Below, in pieces: positions 61,846 to 64,000 of a stretch of DNA of 64,000 nt; positions within the stretch are counted from its first letter, which is position 1; each line of letters starts with the position of its first letter. The notes beneath the pieces were generated by a model. That model saw nothing but the letters and a program-made list of their open reading frames with translations. It searched no databases and was not told the origin of the DNA. The DNA comes from Candidatus Vogelbacteria bacterium (GTDB taxonomy: Bacteria > Patescibacteriota > Minisyncoccia > Phycocordibacterales > XYD1-FULL-46-19): contig JAIOOX010000004.1 in assembly GCA_021414225.1 (NCBI GenBank), forward strand, positions 2,206-66,205. Reading direction: 5' to 3'. The translations under genes were made by a program, and so were the position numbers.

Positions 61846-63265
61846 TCATAAAGCCATGGTCAGCCTAGGACCATCGCCAACCAGCGACTTAGTCGATAAA
61901 GCTATCGCTGATGTAGAAAAGTCTAAGCAGGCCAACCTCAACCTCGACCGTCACATCAAGCAAGGTTTGGGCAATCTAGGAACCCAGTCCAACACCTTGG
62001 CTTGGATAGACGTTCGGGGAGTAATTGTTTTCGACAACGAGACAGGTATTCTGACAATCCCGGTTAAAAATGACTTCTGTGCTAGATGGTGTCGGGAACA
62101 CCGGGAGGTCCAAGGGGACATTACCCTTTGCCTGCCGGATGGATTCCAGTTCAAGAAAATGGAATTTGTGGAAACTGGAATACCAGACACTCCCGAACCA
62201 AACACCTCTTTAGAAGCGAGGTCAGAACCAGAACCAGGCGATCCGATCCAAGAAGTTTTTGACTTTGGCGCCAACAAGAGTACAGTCAAATTTAACCCGG
62301 GAAAGGAAAATTTAAAAACCTACGATTTAGTTAAGTGTATTCTAGACCGAGAAACCGACTTCCCCCTCATGGTCTTATGGGGTGAGAACGGCACCGGTAA
62401 AGAAACTCTAGCTAATCAGGTCTATCGCCGAGGCACCAGGTTGCTCGCCGGCCTGGCCCAAAAAAGAAAGACTCCCCAAACTGCGATAGTATCAGCCATT
62501 GGTTTCCAGGCCGAGTTTGTGGCTTGTTTTAGAGATGCAAAGGACGGCAAAAAAGCCCTCCAAGTCCTCCAAGACAGGCTACTAGTTCGACTATTGGTTA
62601 TTACTGACTTGGACACGTTCTGTGGTCGAAACAACCAAGGAACAGCTGATGCCCTAAGCCAAGCTGTAACCAAGGTAATAGACTCTGGCGGTCGAGTTCT
62701 AGTAACCATGTCGGTACCCGAAGGTGGTACCTACGAGGAAACTTTAGGAAAAATCAACCCCACGATTGTCCAACTTTTGGGAACCAAGGGCTTCGCAGAC
62801 TTCCTGATCAAACCGGCCAGTTTGGAAACCAGGGTTGAGATCCTGTCTCAGCTCCGGGGGCCAAACATGGAAACATTAAGCGAAGATTCCAGAAAAATTT
62901 TGGCTACCCAGTGGCCCACTGTAGCCAGTATGCTTACTCAAGGGAAAAAGTTCCTCCATGGAATCGTCGATGAAGAACCAAGAAAGGAGACACCATCCCC
63001 CCCGAAGATTATCGAGGCGATTGAATCCTGGAGCCAGCTACCTAAGGGTTCCCTGGTCGGACGAAGCAAAACCAGGCGAGTAGTCCAAGGTCGGCACCTG
63101 GCCATCTACCTGGTCGCGGAGCTGCACCCAAAAATGACAGCGGCCACGATTGGAAAGTTGTTTGGCAACAGAGACCACACAACCGTACTCTATGCCAAAC
63201 AACAAGTCTCTATGAACATCGATCTTCAGGATTCTCTGGAAGCAGCCAGAAAGTTGTTTACGTAA
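61835..63265 (+). CDS. divergent DnaA-like protein (AAA+ domain with degenerate Walker A plus DnaA domain IV)
   Basis: GENGTGKE in place of GxxGxGKT. Walker B LLVITDLD. Box VII-like FADFLIKPASLETRVEIL. C-terminal HLAIYLVAELHPKMTAATIGKLFGNRDHTTVLYA matches the DnaA DNA-binding domain. Confidence 0.6.
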   Translation: MMNNHKAMVSLGPSPTSDLVDKAIADVEKSKQANLNLDRHIKQGLGNLGTQSNTLAWIDVRGVIVFDNETGILTIPVKNDFCARWCREHREVQGDITLCLPDGFQFKKMEFVETGIPDTPEPNTSLEARSEPEPGDPIQEVFDFGANKSTVKFNPGKENLKTYDLVKCILDRETDFPLMVLWGENGTGKETLANQVYRRGTRLLAGLAQKRKTPQTAIVSAIGFQAEFVACFRDAKDGKKALQVLQDRLLVRLLVITDLDTFCGRNNQGTADALSQAVTKVIDSGGRVLVTMSVPEGGTYEETLGKINPTIVQLLGTKGFADFLIKPASLETRVEILSQLRGPNMETLSEDSRKILATQWPTVASMLTQGKKFLHGIVDEEPRKETPSPPKIIEAIESWSQLPKGSLVGRSKTRRVVQGRHLAIYLVAELHPKMTAATIGKLFGNRDHTTVLYAKQQVSMNIDLQDSLEAARKLFT

Positions 63266-63320
63266 GCTCTCTTATTATCACCCCGCGGGACCCAAAGGCA
63301 CATCGGTGCTTGAGGGTCCC

Positions 63321-64000
63321 TTAACTTTGGGGAAATATCTTAAATGTAATTCTACCATCTTCAGCGGTTGATAAGATTTTAATATTTTTGTTTTCTAACT
63401 TCTCAACCACTTCTGGGTGGGGATGCCCATAGCGATTATTTTTACCAGCGGAAATCACTGCATAAACAGGATCAACAACTTCCAAAAAACTTTGACCAGT
63501 CGAGGTACGTGAGCCATGGTGTCCAACTTTAAGAACCGTCGACTGAATCTGACTACCATCTTTCTGAGTTAAATAATTTTCCACCTTCAGTGGCGAATCG
63601 CCGTTTAAATAAAAAGAAGTGCCTTTGTATTCCAATCGGCCGACAATGGAAGCGTCGTTCGTTTCCATTTTGGTCGTGTCTTGATCAGGATACAAAACAG
63701 TAAAAGTCACATCTTTGTCTAATATTACTTTCATCCCCCGGCGAGCCAATATTTGGGGCACCTGATTAGTAATAAGCTCAGATTCTAATCGTTTATAAAT
63801 TTGAGTGTCCGCCGAAACTCCCGACTCTAATAGAGCACCTATTTGGAATCGATCTAAAACAAAATATAAACCGCCAATATGATCCGCGTCCGGGTGTGTA
63901 GCGACCACTAGGTCAATAAACCGATCGGACCAGGGTATGACTTGACCCAACTCCGATAAAACTACTTTTCCAGCACCACCATCAATCAACATTTGATTAC
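63321..64000 (-). CDS. comEC: ComEC/Rec2 competence channel, C-terminal metallo-beta-lactamase domain (partial; the gene continues past the window end)
   Basis: ATHPDADHIGGL...VLKVGHHGSRTS...AVISAGKNNRYGHPHPEV. Confidence 0.75.
   Translation of the reverse strand, partial: NQMLIDGGAGKVVLSELGQVIPWSDRFIDLVVATHPDADHIGGLYFVLDRFQIGALLESGVSADTQIYKRLESELITNQVPQILARRGMKVILDKDVTFTVLYPDQDTTKMETNDASIVGRLEYKGTSFYLNGDSPLKVENYLTQKDGSQIQSTVLKVGHHGSRTSTGQSFLEVVDPVYAVISAGKNNRYGHPHPEVVEKLENKNIKILSTAEDGRITFKIFPQS

Overview
This is a gene-dense window of roughly 45% G+C that looks like a small Patescibacteria/CPR-type genome. Three observations point that way. The str, S10 and spc ribosomal-protein operons all sit on the minus strand (rpsL-rpsG-fusA ... 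tuf-rpsJ-rplCDWB-rpsS-rplV-rpsC-rplP-rpmC-rpsQ-rplNXE ... rpsZ-rpsH-rplFR-rpsE-rplO-secY ... adk-map-ndk). No L30 gene lies between rpsE and rplO. Many ribosomal proteins carry short Lys-rich tails. The first 17 kb holds a complete type IV pilus / DNA-uptake locus. It reads pilM-pilN-pilO-(small membrane protein)-pilB-CheY-like receiver-pilT-pilC-pilA, then a 47-bp perfect-palindrome terminator, then pilD, a large secreted repeat protein and four minor pilins, with comFC next to it. The C-terminal half of comEC runs off the far end of the window. Other housekeeping genes present are gatC/gatA, ligA, recG, truB, ftsH, smpB with an adjacent tmRNA (ssrA), and infC-rpmI-rplT. There are also three tRNAs. 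Most of the accessory content is a surface-protein cluster at 20.8-28.7 kb, which includes a type IV pilin N-terminus fused to a ~550-aa parallel beta-helix domain and a TSP3-repeat protein. The conserved operons are interrupted in several places: two extra pilin genes sit between secY and adk, an ABC exporter plus terminator between rplE and rpsZ, and a secreted Cys-rich protein between fusA and tuf. Four small, visibly G+C-richer insertions each carry their own terminator and, where visible, promoter-like signals. They lie between ftsH and smpB, directly after tmRNA, between rpsS and rplB, and between rpmB and comEC, where a divergent DnaA-like protein with a degenerate Walker A is encoded. 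I found no CRISPR array, integrase or transposase. All calls rest on the sequence and ORF track alone, with no database search.
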